Source of the DNA: Candidatus Dormiibacterota bacterium
Lineage (GTDB): Bacteria > Chloroflexota > Dormibacteria > Aeolococcales > Aeolococcaceae
DNA: 49,274 nt
Reading direction: 5' to 3'
Assembly (NCBI GenBank): GCA_003170875.1
Contig: PMYJ01000109.1
Location: 1 to 49,274 of the forward strand
This document shows, piece after piece, positions 34,625 to 43,329 of the stretch (positions are counted from its first letter, which is position 1; every line of letters starts with the position of its first letter). Both the position numbers and the translations under genes were made by a program. The notes beneath the pieces were generated by a model that worked only from the letters and a program-made list of their open reading frames with translations, was not told where the DNA came from and ran no database searches.

Positions 34625-36082
34625 ATGAGCTACCCGGTCACGCTCCAGCTCCGCGGCCGCCGCTGCACCGTGCTCGGCGACGGGCCGCTCGCGGCCGACA
34701 AGGCCCGTGGGCTGCTGCGTGCCGGTGCCCAGCTGACCGTGATCGCCGCCACTCCCTGCACCGAGCTGGAGGCCCTCCAGGCCGAGCCCCGGCTGACCCT
34801 CCTCCGCCGCGGCTACACCCCCGGCGACCTGGCCGGCACCTTCCTCGCCATCGACGCGTCGGGTGACGAGGAGATCAACCGGCTCAGCTTCGCCGAGGCG
34901 GAGGAACGGGGCGCGCTCATCAACGTCGTCGACCAGCCCGAGCGTTGCGACTTCTACGCGCCGGCACTGGTCCGGAGGGGCCCGCTCAGCGTGGCCATCT
35001 CGACGGACGGCGAGAGCCCCTTCCTGGCCGGCGCCGTCCGCGCGCGCCTGGAGCGCATCCTGGGAGAGGAGTGGGGGCCGTTCACGGCTCTGGTCGGCGG
35101 GGTGCGCCGGAGGCTGCGCGAGCGCGGTGTGCCGATCGCGGAGCAGACCCCCGTGTACCGGCGGCTGCTCCGCTCTGAGATCCGCGATCTTCTTCGGGAC
35201 GGGCGCGCCGAGGAGGCCCGCTACGCCGCCGTGGCGATCGAGACCGCCGCCGGCAGGCCCCGGACCGGATCCGTCGCCCTCGTTGGCGCAGGCCCCGGCG
35301 ACCCGTCGCTGCTCACCCTGGCGGCTCGGGAGCTGCTCGCCGAGGCCGGGGCCGTCTACCACGATTCGCTCGTCGATCCGCGCACCCTCGCCCTCTGCGG
35401 CCCCGGCGCGCGGCTCGTCGACGTCGGCAAGCGGGGCGGGCGCGAGTCCGCCGACCAGGGGTGGATCACGGCCCAGCTCATCGAGGCCGCCCGCTCCGGG
35501 GAGGACGTGGTCCGGCTCAAGGGCGGCGACCCGTTCGTCTTCGGCAGGGGAGGGGAGGAGCTCACCGCCCTCCGCCACGCCGGCCTCGAGGTGGTGGTCG
35601 TCCCCGGGGTCAGCTCGGCGCTGGCCGCGCCGGCCGTTGCCGGCATCCCGGTCACCCTGCGGGGGCTCGCCTCCTCGCTCGCGGTCGTCACCGGCTCGGA
35701 GTGGGACGGGTCGAGCCCCGAGCGGCTCGAGGCCATCGCTTGCGCGGTCGACACCCTGGTGGTGCTCATGCCGCTGGGCAACCTCGCGATCATCTGCGCC
35801 CGGCTGGTGGCGGCGATCGGTCCCGACCGGCCCGCCGCGCTGGTGGCCTCGGCGACGCTCCAGGAACAGAGGGTGGTGCGCGCCCCCATCGCCCGCATCG
35901 CGCGCGCAGCGGCGGAAGCGGGGATCGCCTCGCCGGCGACGCTGGTGGTCGGCGAGGTGGTCGACGCCATCCCGCTGCAGCAGGTGGGCGACTTGGTGGC
36001 GAGCGCCGGGGTCGGTCCCGGCATCGGTGAGGCGGTGGCAAGCGCCGGGCCGCGCCCCGGCATCGAGGAGGTCGGCAGATGA
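34625..36082 (+). CDS. cysG: siroheme synthase (precorrin-2 dehydrogenase/ferrochelatase N-domain + uroporphyrinogen-III C-methyltransferase)
   Basis: N-terminal Rossmann region VLGDGPLAADKARGLLRAGAQLTVIA. SUMT motifs LVGAGPGDPSLLTL and RLKGGDPFVFGRGGEE. Confidence 0.85.
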   Translation: MSYPVTLQLRGRRCTVLGDGPLAADKARGLLRAGAQLTVIAATPCTELEALQAEPRLTLLRRGYTPGDLAGTFLAIDASGDEEINRLSFAEAEERGALINVVDQPERCDFYAPALVRRGPLSVAISTDGESPFLAGAVRARLERILGEEWGPFTALVGGVRRRLRERGVPIAEQTPVYRRLLRSEIRDLLRDGRAEEARYAAVAIETAAGRPRTGSVALVGAGPGDPSLLTLAARELLAEAGAVYHDSLVDPRTLALCGPGARLVDVGKRGGRESADQGWITAQLIEAARSGEDVVRLKGGDPFVFGRGGEELTALRHAGLEVVVVPGVSSALAAPAVAGIPVTLRGLASSLAVVTGSEWDGSSPERLEAIACAVDTLVVLMPLGNLAIICARLVAAIGPDRPAALVASATLQEQRVVRAPIARIARAAAEAGIASPATLVVGEVVDAIPLQQVGDLVASAGVGPGIGEAVASAGPRPGIEEVGR

Positions 36083-37866
36083 TCGGCGAGCAGGAACTGG
36101 CGATCCCGCCCGTGGTCGCTGCGGAGATCGAGGACTTCGAGCGGCGCGCCCACGCGTTCGCCACCGGCGAGGAGAGCGAGGACACCTTCAAGCCCTACCG
36201 CCTCTCCTACGGCATCTACGGCCAGCGCCAGGACGGCTATCAGATGGTGCGCGTCAAGATCCCGCACGGCCGCCTGACCTCCGCTCAGCTGGAGGCGCTC
36301 GCCGACTTCAGCGAGCGGTTCTGCGATGAGGGGGAATACCCGGGTGGCGGTGGTCGCGGCATGGGTCACGTCACCACGCGGCAGGACATGCAGTTTCACT
36401 TCGTGCCGCTCGCACGGGTGGCGGAGGCGATGCGCCACCTGGCCCGCGCGGGCCTGACCACTCGTGAGGCCTGCTTCAATACGGTGCGCAACATCACCGG
36501 CTGCCCCCTCGCGGGCGCCTGCGGCACCGAGGCGTTCGACATCACCCCGTATGCGCAGGCGGCCACGGAGCTCTTCCTGCGCAACCCGATCTGCCAGAAC
36601 CTGCCACGCAAGTTCAAGATCGCCTTCTCCGGCTGCGAGACCGACTGTGGCCTGGGGGCGATGCACGATATCGGTGCGGTCGCGCGGGTGCAGGACGGTG
36701 AGCGCGGCTTCAAGGTCTGGGTCGGCGGCGGGCTGGGCAACTCTCCGCGCCCGGCCACACTCCTCTACGAGTTCGTCCCGGTGCGCCGCTTTTACCCGGT
36801 TATCGAGGCCATCATCCGCGTCTTCGACGCCGAGGGCCCGCGCAAGAACCGCAACCGCGCTCGGATCAAATTCCTCTTCGACAAGACGTACACCGCCGAG
36901 ACGTTCCGTGCCCGGGTTGAGGAGGAGGTCGCCGAGCTGCCGTCCGACGCGTGGTCGTACCGGATCCTCGACGGGCTGCCGGAGCGTGTGGATCGCGAGG
37001 CGGGAAGCCGTGAGGCGCTCAGCCCGCTGCCCACTTTCAGCATCGCCGGGGTGGCGCGAGGAGTCCAGTACGCGCGCTGGCGCGTCACCAACGTGATGGC
37101 GCACCGGCTCGAGGGGTACGCCCTGGTCTCGCTCCGCCTCACACTCGGCGATATCACGTCCACCCAGCTGCGGGTTGCCGCGGAGGCGGCGCGGCGCTGG
37201 AGCGGGGACGAGGCGCGCGCCAGCGCGGGGCAGAATCTCGTGCTCCGCGACGTGCGCGTCGACGAGCTCTCGGCGCTCTATGACTTCCTGCTGCCCCATG
37301 GGCTCGCCGAGGCCGAGGCGCTCGGCATCCGCGACGTCGTGACCTGCCCAGGGGCGGACACCTGCAACCTAGGAATCACCTCCTCGCGGGGGCTCGGCCG
37401 CGCCGTGAGTCGCTGGCTGGATGACGGGCGGCTGCAGGACCTGCCGGAGTTCGCCGGCACCAGTATCAAGGCGAGCGGCTGCCCCAACTCATGCAGCCAG
37501 CACCACATCGCGACCGTCGGCTTCTACGGCAACAGCAAGCACGTCGGGGACGACCCGGTGCCGCACTACATGCTGATGCTGGGCGGCGGCATCGACGCCC
37601 GCGGTGCCCGGATGGCCCAACCGGTGATGAAGATCCCGGCCCGCCGCGTCCCGGTCGCCCTCGAGCGTCTGGTCGCCCAGTACCGCGAGGAACGGGGCGG
37701 TGGCGAGCTCTTTACGCAGTGGGTGGAGCGGGCCGACCGAGACGCCGTCAAGGCGCGGCTCGCCGACCTGACCCTCAGCGACGCGCCCACCGCCGAGGAG
37801 ATCGTCGACTGGGATCAGGACACCGCCTTCACCGGCAAGACCGGTGAGGGGGAGTGCGCCGTCTAG
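36079..37866 (+). CDS. sir: assimilatory sulfite reductase (ferredoxin-type, siroheme/[4Fe-4S])
   Basis: ATG 36079 overlaps the cysG stop (ATGA). Has the duplicated NIR_SIR architecture and the cluster-binding cysteines TCPGADTCNLG and SGCPNSCSQHH. Confidence 0.9.
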   Translation: MIGEQELAIPPVVAAEIEDFERRAHAFATGEESEDTFKPYRLSYGIYGQRQDGYQMVRVKIPHGRLTSAQLEALADFSERFCDEGEYPGGGGRGMGHVTTRQDMQFHFVPLARVAEAMRHLARAGLTTREACFNTVRNITGCPLAGACGTEAFDITPYAQAATELFLRNPICQNLPRKFKIAFSGCETDCGLGAMHDIGAVARVQDGERGFKVWVGGGLGNSPRPATLLYEFVPVRRFYPVIEAIIRVFDAEGPRKNRNRARIKFLFDKTYTAETFRARVEEEVAELPSDAWSYRILDGLPERVDREAGSREALSPLPTFSIAGVARGVQYARWRVTNVMAHRLEGYALVSLRLTLGDITSTQLRVAAEAARRWSGDEARASAGQNLVLRDVRVDELSALYDFLLPHGLAEAEALGIRDVVTCPGADTCNLGITSSRGLGRAVSRWLDDGRLQDLPEFAGTSIKASGCPNSCSQHHIATVGFYGNSKHVGDDPVPHYMLMLGGGIDARGARMAQPVMKIPARRVPVALERLVAQYREERGGGELFTQWVERADRDAVKARLADLTLSDAPTAEEIVDWDQDTAFTGKTGEGECAV

Positions 37867-37868
37867 CT

Positions 37869-38105
37869 CTATGAGGATTCCGGTGCGGTGCGTTCCGGCG
37901 TGTGCTCGACGGTGAGCTCCACGCCCGGCTTCGCCCTGGCCAGCGCAGGCAGGATGTGATTGAGCACTTGCTCGGCTGTGGCCTTGTGCCGGTTGCCCGC
38001 CGCGGTGATCTGATACCAGCCCGCGCTGTCCTTGGAGAAGTAGTAGTAGAGCCGGCCGGTCGTGGAAGTGAACGTGATGCGGTACTCGGTGTTGCGTAAC
38101 GCCAT
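37869..38105 (-). CDS. hypothetical small protein (78 aa)
   Basis: Clean ORF MALRNTEYRITFTSTTGRLYYYFSKDSAGWYQITAAG... with a non-Arg/Pro-biased composition. Convergent with sir, leaving a 2-nt gap between the stops. No family recognised. Confidence 0.5.
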   Translation of the reverse strand: MALRNTEYRITFTSTTGRLYYYFSKDSAGWYQITAAGNRHKATAEQVLNHILPALARAKPGVELTVEHTPERTAPESS

Positions 38106-38153
38106 CGCCTCGTCTCACACCTCCGCTGGACAGGGCGAAACTGTACCTTCTGC

Positions 38154-38786
38154 TCATCCGGTGATGAGCAGCGTGGCGGGATCGGGCCAGGCGTAACGGA
38201 GCTTGTACACCTCACCGCGGAGCCGGCTCGGATCGCCGCCCGGCGGGTGGAGGCGGTCCCGACCCACGCGCCGTCCGCCCCGCGCCTCGTAGAAGCGCTG
38301 GGCGCGGACGTTCTGCTCCAGGACCCAGAGGGAGAGCCCCGAGGACGGCCGCTGCTCGATGACGGCCTCGGCGGTGAGCGCCATCAGCCGGGTCCCGATC
38401 CCCTGGCGCTGGTGGGTGTGAGCGACGTGAAGGTTGTCGAGATACGCGCCCCAGGTGGGGTTCTCGTCGAGGATCGAGTAGGCGAACCCGACCAGGGATC
38501 CGGCCTCCTCGGCCACGATGGCGAAGCGGTCGGCGGGCTGCTCACGCAGCCGCGCCGTCCAGAAGGCGAGCCGCTCGGTCACGACATCCCCGTCGAGGAA
38601 GGTGTCCGCGTAGGCGCCCCGGTAGTTGCGCCGCCAGCTATCGGCGTGCAGGGCTGCGACCGGGCCGGCATCGTGGGTGCCGGCGCGTCGGAACTGAACG
38701 CCGCCATTCCGGGCGATTGCGACATGCTCCCCGTGGGAAGGCTGGCCCGCGGTCGCCGGCGTCGGCTGGGGGTCACGGTCTGCCAC
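38154..38786 (-). CDS. GNAT-family N-acetyltransferase
   Basis: GTG 38786 with GAGGAG 9 nt upstream. Acetyl-CoA motif HVAHTHQRQGIGTRLM and RAQRFYEARGG. The upstream part of the 330-codon track ORF is rejected. Confidence 0.8.
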   Translation of the reverse strand: MADRDPQPTPATAGQPSHGEHVAIARNGGVQFRRAGTHDAGPVAALHADSWRRNYRGAYADTFLDGDVVTERLAFWTARLREQPADRFAIVAEEAGSLVGFAYSILDENPTWGAYLDNLHVAHTHQRQGIGTRLMALTAEAVIEQRPSSGLSLWVLEQNVRAQRFYEARGGRRVGRDRLHPPGGDPSRLRGEVYKLRYAWPDPATLLITG

Positions 38787-38881
38787 GTCGGGGAACTCCT
38801 CGCGGTGGGCTGACTGGCGCTCGCCGGATCGGCAGTCGATTTCAACCGGGGCAGCGGGCCACCCCGGTTCACAATACCGGC

Positions 38882-39463
38882 GTGGCCACCCCTCCCGTTC
38901 CTGGTAGTGCCTACGCAGGCGTCGGTTCGCGTGCGACGCCGGCGGGGATCTGCCATCTGATGGAGCGGTTCGGCTCCGAGCTGGCTCGGCGCGGCTGGAC
39001 GCTCCGGTCGGGCGGCGCCGTCGGGGCGGACAGCGCCTTCGAGAAGGGGGCGCGGGCGGCCGGCGGGAGGTGTGAGATCTACCTGCCGTGGCCCGGATAC
39101 AACGAGCATGCCGAGGGTCGCCTGGTCGAGGCGTCCCCGGAGGCATACGACCTCATGGCGCAGATCCACCCCGTCTTCGCGCGCCTGCCCGGGAGCAGCC
39201 GGCGGCTGCACGCGCGCAACGCCCACCAGATCCTCGGCGCCGACCTCCAGTCGCCGGTCGCGATGGTGGTCTGCTGGACGCCCGGGGCCAGGGGGCGCGG
39301 CGGCACCGGGAGCGCCATCCGCCTGGCGCGGTCGCGGGACATCCCGGTGCATGACCTCGCGGACATCGCCGCCCGGCGCCACATGGGGGAGTTGCTCGGG
39401 CTCGAGGTCGAGCCTCCGCAGGACGCGGGCGCTGACGGGGGGCAGCTGCCGCTTCCCCTCTGA
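38882..39463 (+). CDS. DprA/Smf-like SLOG-fold Rossmann protein (stand-alone)
   Basis: Motifs YAGVGSRATP and LRSGGAVGADSAFEKGA, as in the DprA/LOG (SLOG) superfamily. No DprA C-terminal DNA-binding domain. GTG 38882 is chosen as the start but is uncertain. Confidence 0.55.
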   Translation: MATPPVPGSAYAGVGSRATPAGICHLMERFGSELARRGWTLRSGGAVGADSAFEKGARAAGGRCEIYLPWPGYNEHAEGRLVEASPEAYDLMAQIHPVFARLPGSSRRLHARNAHQILGADLQSPVAMVVCWTPGARGRGGTGSAIRLARSRDIPVHDLADIAARRHMGELLGLEVEPPQDAGADGGQLPLPL

Positions 39464-39687
39464 GGTTCGCGCCTGCAGGGCGGGGCCCGGGTCGACCTCG
39501 CCCTGGGAAGCCGGTAGCGTTCCGGCGCATCCTCGCCCCGTCGATCGCGTGGCCGGGGCCGCCTCGCGGGTCGCCTGACCGGGCGCCGGCCCTCGGCTGC
39601 GTGAGCCGCCCGATTGACCATCTGCCCCGGCTGCGGATGGAGCAGATGCATCTACCCCAGACGCACCAGAACGCTCAGAGTGAGCGA

Positions 39688-40905
39688 ATGGTCAGTGCAG
39701 AGGCGGTAGCCACATCCAGCCCTTCCCACACCGTCCTGGTCGTGGACGACGACCCCAGCTTCCGCGGGGCACTCGTCGAGTTGATCGGCATCGACCCCAG
39801 GCTGAAGGTCGTCGGGTCCGCTTGTGACGCAAGCGAGGGAGCCGAGATGGTGCGCTCGCTGCGGCCGACGGTGTGCCTCTGCGACGTCCGGCTTCCCGGT
39901 GGCGGTGGTGAGATCGTCGCGGCTGAGGCCCGCCGCTCCGCGCCAGAGACGCGGGTCGTGGCCCTCTCCGCCTGCGACGACACCAGCACGATCATGGGGA
40001 TGTTCCGCGCCGGCGCAATGAGCTACATCGTCAAGGGCGCCGCCGGCGACGAGGTGCTCGATGGCATCCACAGGGCGATTCGCGGCCAGGCCTCCATGCC
40101 CGCCTGCGCCGCCACCGCGGTCGGCGCCGAGCTCCGTGGCCAGGAGGAGGACGCGCAGGGCAAGGTGATCCTGCTCCGCAACGTACTCGACCACGACCTC
40201 ATGAACGTCGTCTTCCAGCCGGTGGTCGACATCGAAACCCGCGAGCCGATCGCCTTCGAGGCGCTCTGCCGGGTCAACTCGCCGCCGCAGCGGCCGCCGG
40301 ACATGTGGTTTGCGGATGCCGCCGACAACGACCTGGGCCTCGAGTTTGAGCTGCAGGCGATCCGCCTGGCCCTCGGCCACCTCTCCCACCTTCCCGGTGG
40401 CTGCCCGCTTCACATCAACGCGTCGCCGGCCGTGGCGATGTCCAAGGAGCTGGCGTCCCTGCTCGAGGGTATCGGGCCGGAGAGGATCATCCTGGAGATC
40501 ACCGAGCACACCCAGATCGAGAATTACCCGGCGCTCACCGCTGCACTCGCTCCGCTTCGCGCCGCCGGGGTGTTGATCGGTGTCGACGACGCGGGCTCTG
40601 GTTTCTCGTCCATGAGCCACATCGTCAATATGGAAGCCGACGTCATCAAGGTGGACATCTCGCTGGTGCGCGACATCCACCTCAACAAGATGCGCCGTGC
40701 CATGGTGGGTGCGCTCGCCGAGTTTGCGCGGCAGGCCGAAGCCCTGGTGATCGCCGAGGGCGTCGAGCTGGAGGAGGAGCGGGCCACTCTCATCACCCTC
40801 GGAGTGACCGCTGCACAGGGTTACCTCTTCGGGCGACCCGCGCCCTGCCGCTGTGCGACCCCGCACGTCGAGAAGCAGCCGGCAGCGGTAGTAGCCTCCG
40901 CCTGA
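39688..40905 (+). CDS. response-regulator receiver + EAL-domain cyclic-di-GMP phosphodiesterase
   Basis: Receiver domain (VLVVDDD, LCDVRLPGGGG, VVALSA). EAL catalytic set intact (FEALCR, HINASP, EITE, DDAGSG, IKVD, EGVE, QGY). Start uncertain (alternatives 39601, 39637, 39646). Confidence 0.85.
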   Translation: MVSAEAVATSSPSHTVLVVDDDPSFRGALVELIGIDPRLKVVGSACDASEGAEMVRSLRPTVCLCDVRLPGGGGEIVAAEARRSAPETRVVALSACDDTSTIMGMFRAGAMSYIVKGAAGDEVLDGIHRAIRGQASMPACAATAVGAELRGQEEDAQGKVILLRNVLDHDLMNVVFQPVVDIETREPIAFEALCRVNSPPQRPPDMWFADAADNDLGLEFELQAIRLALGHLSHLPGGCPLHINASPAVAMSKELASLLEGIGPERIILEITEHTQIENYPALTAALAPLRAAGVLIGVDDAGSGFSSMSHIVNMEADVIKVDISLVRDIHLNKMRRAMVGALAEFARQAEALVIAEGVELEEERATLITLGVTAAQGYLFGRPAPCRCATPHVEKQPAAVVASA

Positions 40906-40929
40906 GCCAGGCCAGCGGGGCCCGAACGC

Positions 40930-42315
40930 TCATCCGGTGTCGGGGGCGCGATCCTGCGGCGGACTGGAAGTCGGTGCCGCTGTGAGCGGCTCAGGCGACG
41001 TCGGGCGCACAGAGTCTCGGTCCGGGCCGTAGTCATCGGCGACGGGCGGCAGGGCCACGACGCCCTCGTCGGTGCGGACCAGCCGCCAGCCGCCCTCGTG
41101 CACTCTCCAGTGGTGAGCTCGGCAGATCGTGACAAGATTGGCCAGATCAGTCGAGCCGCCCTGCGCCCAGGGGCGGAGGTGGTGCACCTCGCCCCACGAC
41201 GCCGGCCGGTGGCAGCCCGGCCAGACGCAGCCCCGGTCACGGGCCTGGACCGCCCGGCGGGTCGCCGTCGCCGGCACCCGGGTCGCCCGGCCCACGTCGA
41301 GGACCGCGGAGTCGGCGCCGAACACCACCCGGGTTACCGCGGCGTCGCAGCCCAGGCGCCGCGCGGTCTCGGCGGCGATCGGCCCACCCAGGTCCAGCTC
41401 GGCGGCCGGGGCTCCCTCCCGCCCCTGGACGGTCGCCAGGGTGGCGGTGACTTGAAGGTGGGGACGCTGGCCGGCGTGCTGGGGGAGCACTCCGCTGTCC
41501 AGGGTGTGGCCGGCGAGCTCCACCAGGGCGTCGGCGAAGCGCCGTTCCCGGCTGCGGTTGTCGCCCTCGCCGGGGGGACGGGCGAGCGGCTCCAGGGCGG
41601 TGCGCAGGGTGGCGCCTCCCTCGGTGTCGAGGAAGCCCCGGAGGAAGACGGCGCCGCCCTCGATGGTCTTGAGCTCCAGGAAACGCGCCTCCACCTGCTC
41701 GACCTGCTCGGTGAGGAAGCGGCGGGGGTCGGCGGCGTGGCGGAGGTGGGCGCAGTCGCGGCGGAGCTCGGCCACCGAGCGACGCCGGGCCTTGCGGAGC
41801 AGGGCGTGCTCATCGAAGGCCGGCGCGGAGGCTGACGGGTCGGCGGCGCCCGGCGGGTCTTCGGTCAACGGCTGATCGGCGGCACCTGGCTGTGCAGGGG
41901 CGACCGGCAGGCTTGCGATCCAATCGGCGGTGCGCGCCATCAGGGCCAGATGGGCGTAGCCGATCTCACCCCGGGCGAGGGCTCGGGTGCTCTCCGGCAT
42001 CCGCGCCGCATGCTCGCCGACCACCAGAGCGTTCCACGCCGCGGTGCCGGTGAGGTGGCACTCCTCCTTGACCCAGTCGGTCGGCGAGTTGTGCCCCTGC
42101 CACTCGTCCTCCCCGCAGCCGGCCAGCTCAGTGACCATCTCGGAGAACTCCAGCTCCATCCGGTCGATGAGGCGTCGCCACGCGACCATCTCGTCGCGGA
42201 CCGCCGGTCCGGGCCGGTCGCCGCGAGGGCGGGAGAGGAAGCGCTCGAGGGCGTCACCGACGGCGGCGAGTTCCTCGCCGACGCCCCCACGAGCCCCCAC
42301 CTCTCGAACGGTCAT
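40930..42315 (-). CDS. DUF222 + HNH endonuclease (actinobacterial 13E12-repeat-type protein)
   Basis: N-terminal DUF222-like helical region. C-terminal HNH domain CVWPGCHRPASWGEVHHLRPWAQGGSTDLANLVTICRAHHWRVHEGGW. Confidence 0.85.
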   Translation of the reverse strand: MTVREVGARGGVGEELAAVGDALERFLSRPRGDRPGPAVRDEMVAWRRLIDRMELEFSEMVTELAGCGEDEWQGHNSPTDWVKEECHLTGTAAWNALVVGEHAARMPESTRALARGEIGYAHLALMARTADWIASLPVAPAQPGAADQPLTEDPPGAADPSASAPAFDEHALLRKARRRSVAELRRDCAHLRHAADPRRFLTEQVEQVEARFLELKTIEGGAVFLRGFLDTEGGATLRTALEPLARPPGEGDNRSRERRFADALVELAGHTLDSGVLPQHAGQRPHLQVTATLATVQGREGAPAAELDLGGPIAAETARRLGCDAAVTRVVFGADSAVLDVGRATRVPATATRRAVQARDRGCVWPGCHRPASWGEVHHLRPWAQGGSTDLANLVTICRAHHWRVHEGGWRLVRTDEGVVALPPVADDYGPDRDSVRPTSPEPLTAAPTSSPPQDRAPDTG

Positions 42316-42323
42316 CGTGAGTG

Positions 42324-42353
42324 ATTATACCGAACAGTCGTTCGCATGGTCAA
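42324..42353 (-). promoter_or_regulatory. near-consensus promoter giving a leaderless HNH transcript
   Basis: On the minus strand: TTGACC (42348-42353), an 18-nt spacer, then TATAAT (42324-42329). The -10 box ends 8 nt before ATG 42315, and there is no SD. Confidence 0.5.
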
Positions 42354-42514
42354 GGCGAAAACACCAACAAGCTGCACGAGCCGTTCCTCTCTGCGCCAGC
42401 CCCTTGACGTGACCATAGCGGCGGGTTTCGGCCCGGGTTCGAGGTGGGTGGGACGATCCTCACCGAACGCCTGGTGGCGGAGAGAACCGCCTGAACCGGC
42501 TGCGTCGCGGCCGG

Positions 42515-42520
42515 TAGACT
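42515..42520 (+). promoter_or_regulatory. candidate -10 box (TAGACT), 9 nt before ATG 42530 (leaderless geometry)
   Basis: TANNNT hexamer with no SD between it and the start. Confidence 0.3.
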
Positions 42521-42529
42521 GGATCCGAG

Positions 42530-43285
42530 ATGCCACGCGTCGTGCTCGTCACGGGGGCCAGCAGCGGGATCGGCGCCGCGACCGCGCGTCGCTTCGCGGA
42601 GATGTCGCGCACCGAGCTGGTCCTCGTCGCCCGCCGCGAGGCGCGCCTCGAAGCCCTCGCCCGCGAGATCGGCGGTGCGACCGTGATCGCCGCGGACCTC
42701 ACCGCGCCGGAGAGCGCGGAGCGCATCGCCACCGTCGTCGAGGAGCGTCACGGGCGGCTCGATGTGCTGGTGAACGATGCGGGCGCAAGCTGGAGCGGGC
42801 GCTTCGCCGAGGCCGGTTGGGCCAATGTGGCCAAGACCATGGACCTCAACTTCAATGCCCAGGTGCGGCTGACCGAGGCGTTGCTTCCCCTGCTGCGGCG
42901 GTCCGCGCCGAGCTCGATCGTCAACGTCGCGAGCACCGCCGGACGGGTGGCCCGGGCCGGTGTGGGTGCCTACTCGGCGAGCAAGTTCGCACTCTGCGGG
43001 TGGACCGACGCGCTCCACCAGGAGGAGCGCAGCCACGGTGTGCACGTCGGATTGGTGCTGCCGGGATTGGTCCCCACCGAGGGGTTCCCCGCCGAGCAGA
43101 TACGGCGCCATCCCATCTTGCGCTGTTTCCTCGGTAGCGACCGGGGAGTGGCGGAGGCGATCGTCGACTGCGCGCTGCACGGGAGGGCGGAGCGCTACTC
43201 GCCCCGCTACTACGGGCTGGCGGCCGTCGTCCGCGCGGCGGCGCCCGGGCTGGTGCGGGCGGTGCTCGACCTCACGTCGGGGTGA
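42530..43285 (+). CDS. short-chain dehydrogenase/reductase (SDR)
   Basis: Cofactor motif VTGASSGIGAA, NDAG, and catalytic YSASK. Confidence 0.9.
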   Translation: MPRVVLVTGASSGIGAATARRFAEMSRTELVLVARREARLEALAREIGGATVIAADLTAPESAERIATVVEERHGRLDVLVNDAGASWSGRFAEAGWANVAKTMDLNFNAQVRLTEALLPLLRRSAPSSIVNVASTAGRVARAGVGAYSASKFALCGWTDALHQEERSHGVHVGLVLPGLVPTEGFPAEQIRRHPILRCFLGSDRGVAEAIVDCALHGRAERYSPRYYGLAAVVRAAAPGLVRAVLDLTSG

Positions 43286-43329
43286 CTGCGCCCGGGCGGC
43301 AGGAGTAACAGGGGGCGCCCCCGGCGCAG

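Noticed and set aside
35356-37299. 647-codon minus-strand ORF.
   Set aside because: It is antisense to cysG and sir, both of which carry unambiguous catalytic motifs. Its composition is Arg/Ala/Pro-biased and no family signature is present.
37869-38786. GNAT plus small protein, considered as a TacT/KacT-like GNAT toxin-antitoxin pair.
   Set aside because: The small gene lies downstream of the GNAT with a 48-nt gap, whereas antitoxins of GNAT toxins are normally upstream and overlapping. It also shows no RHH/DUF1778-like features.
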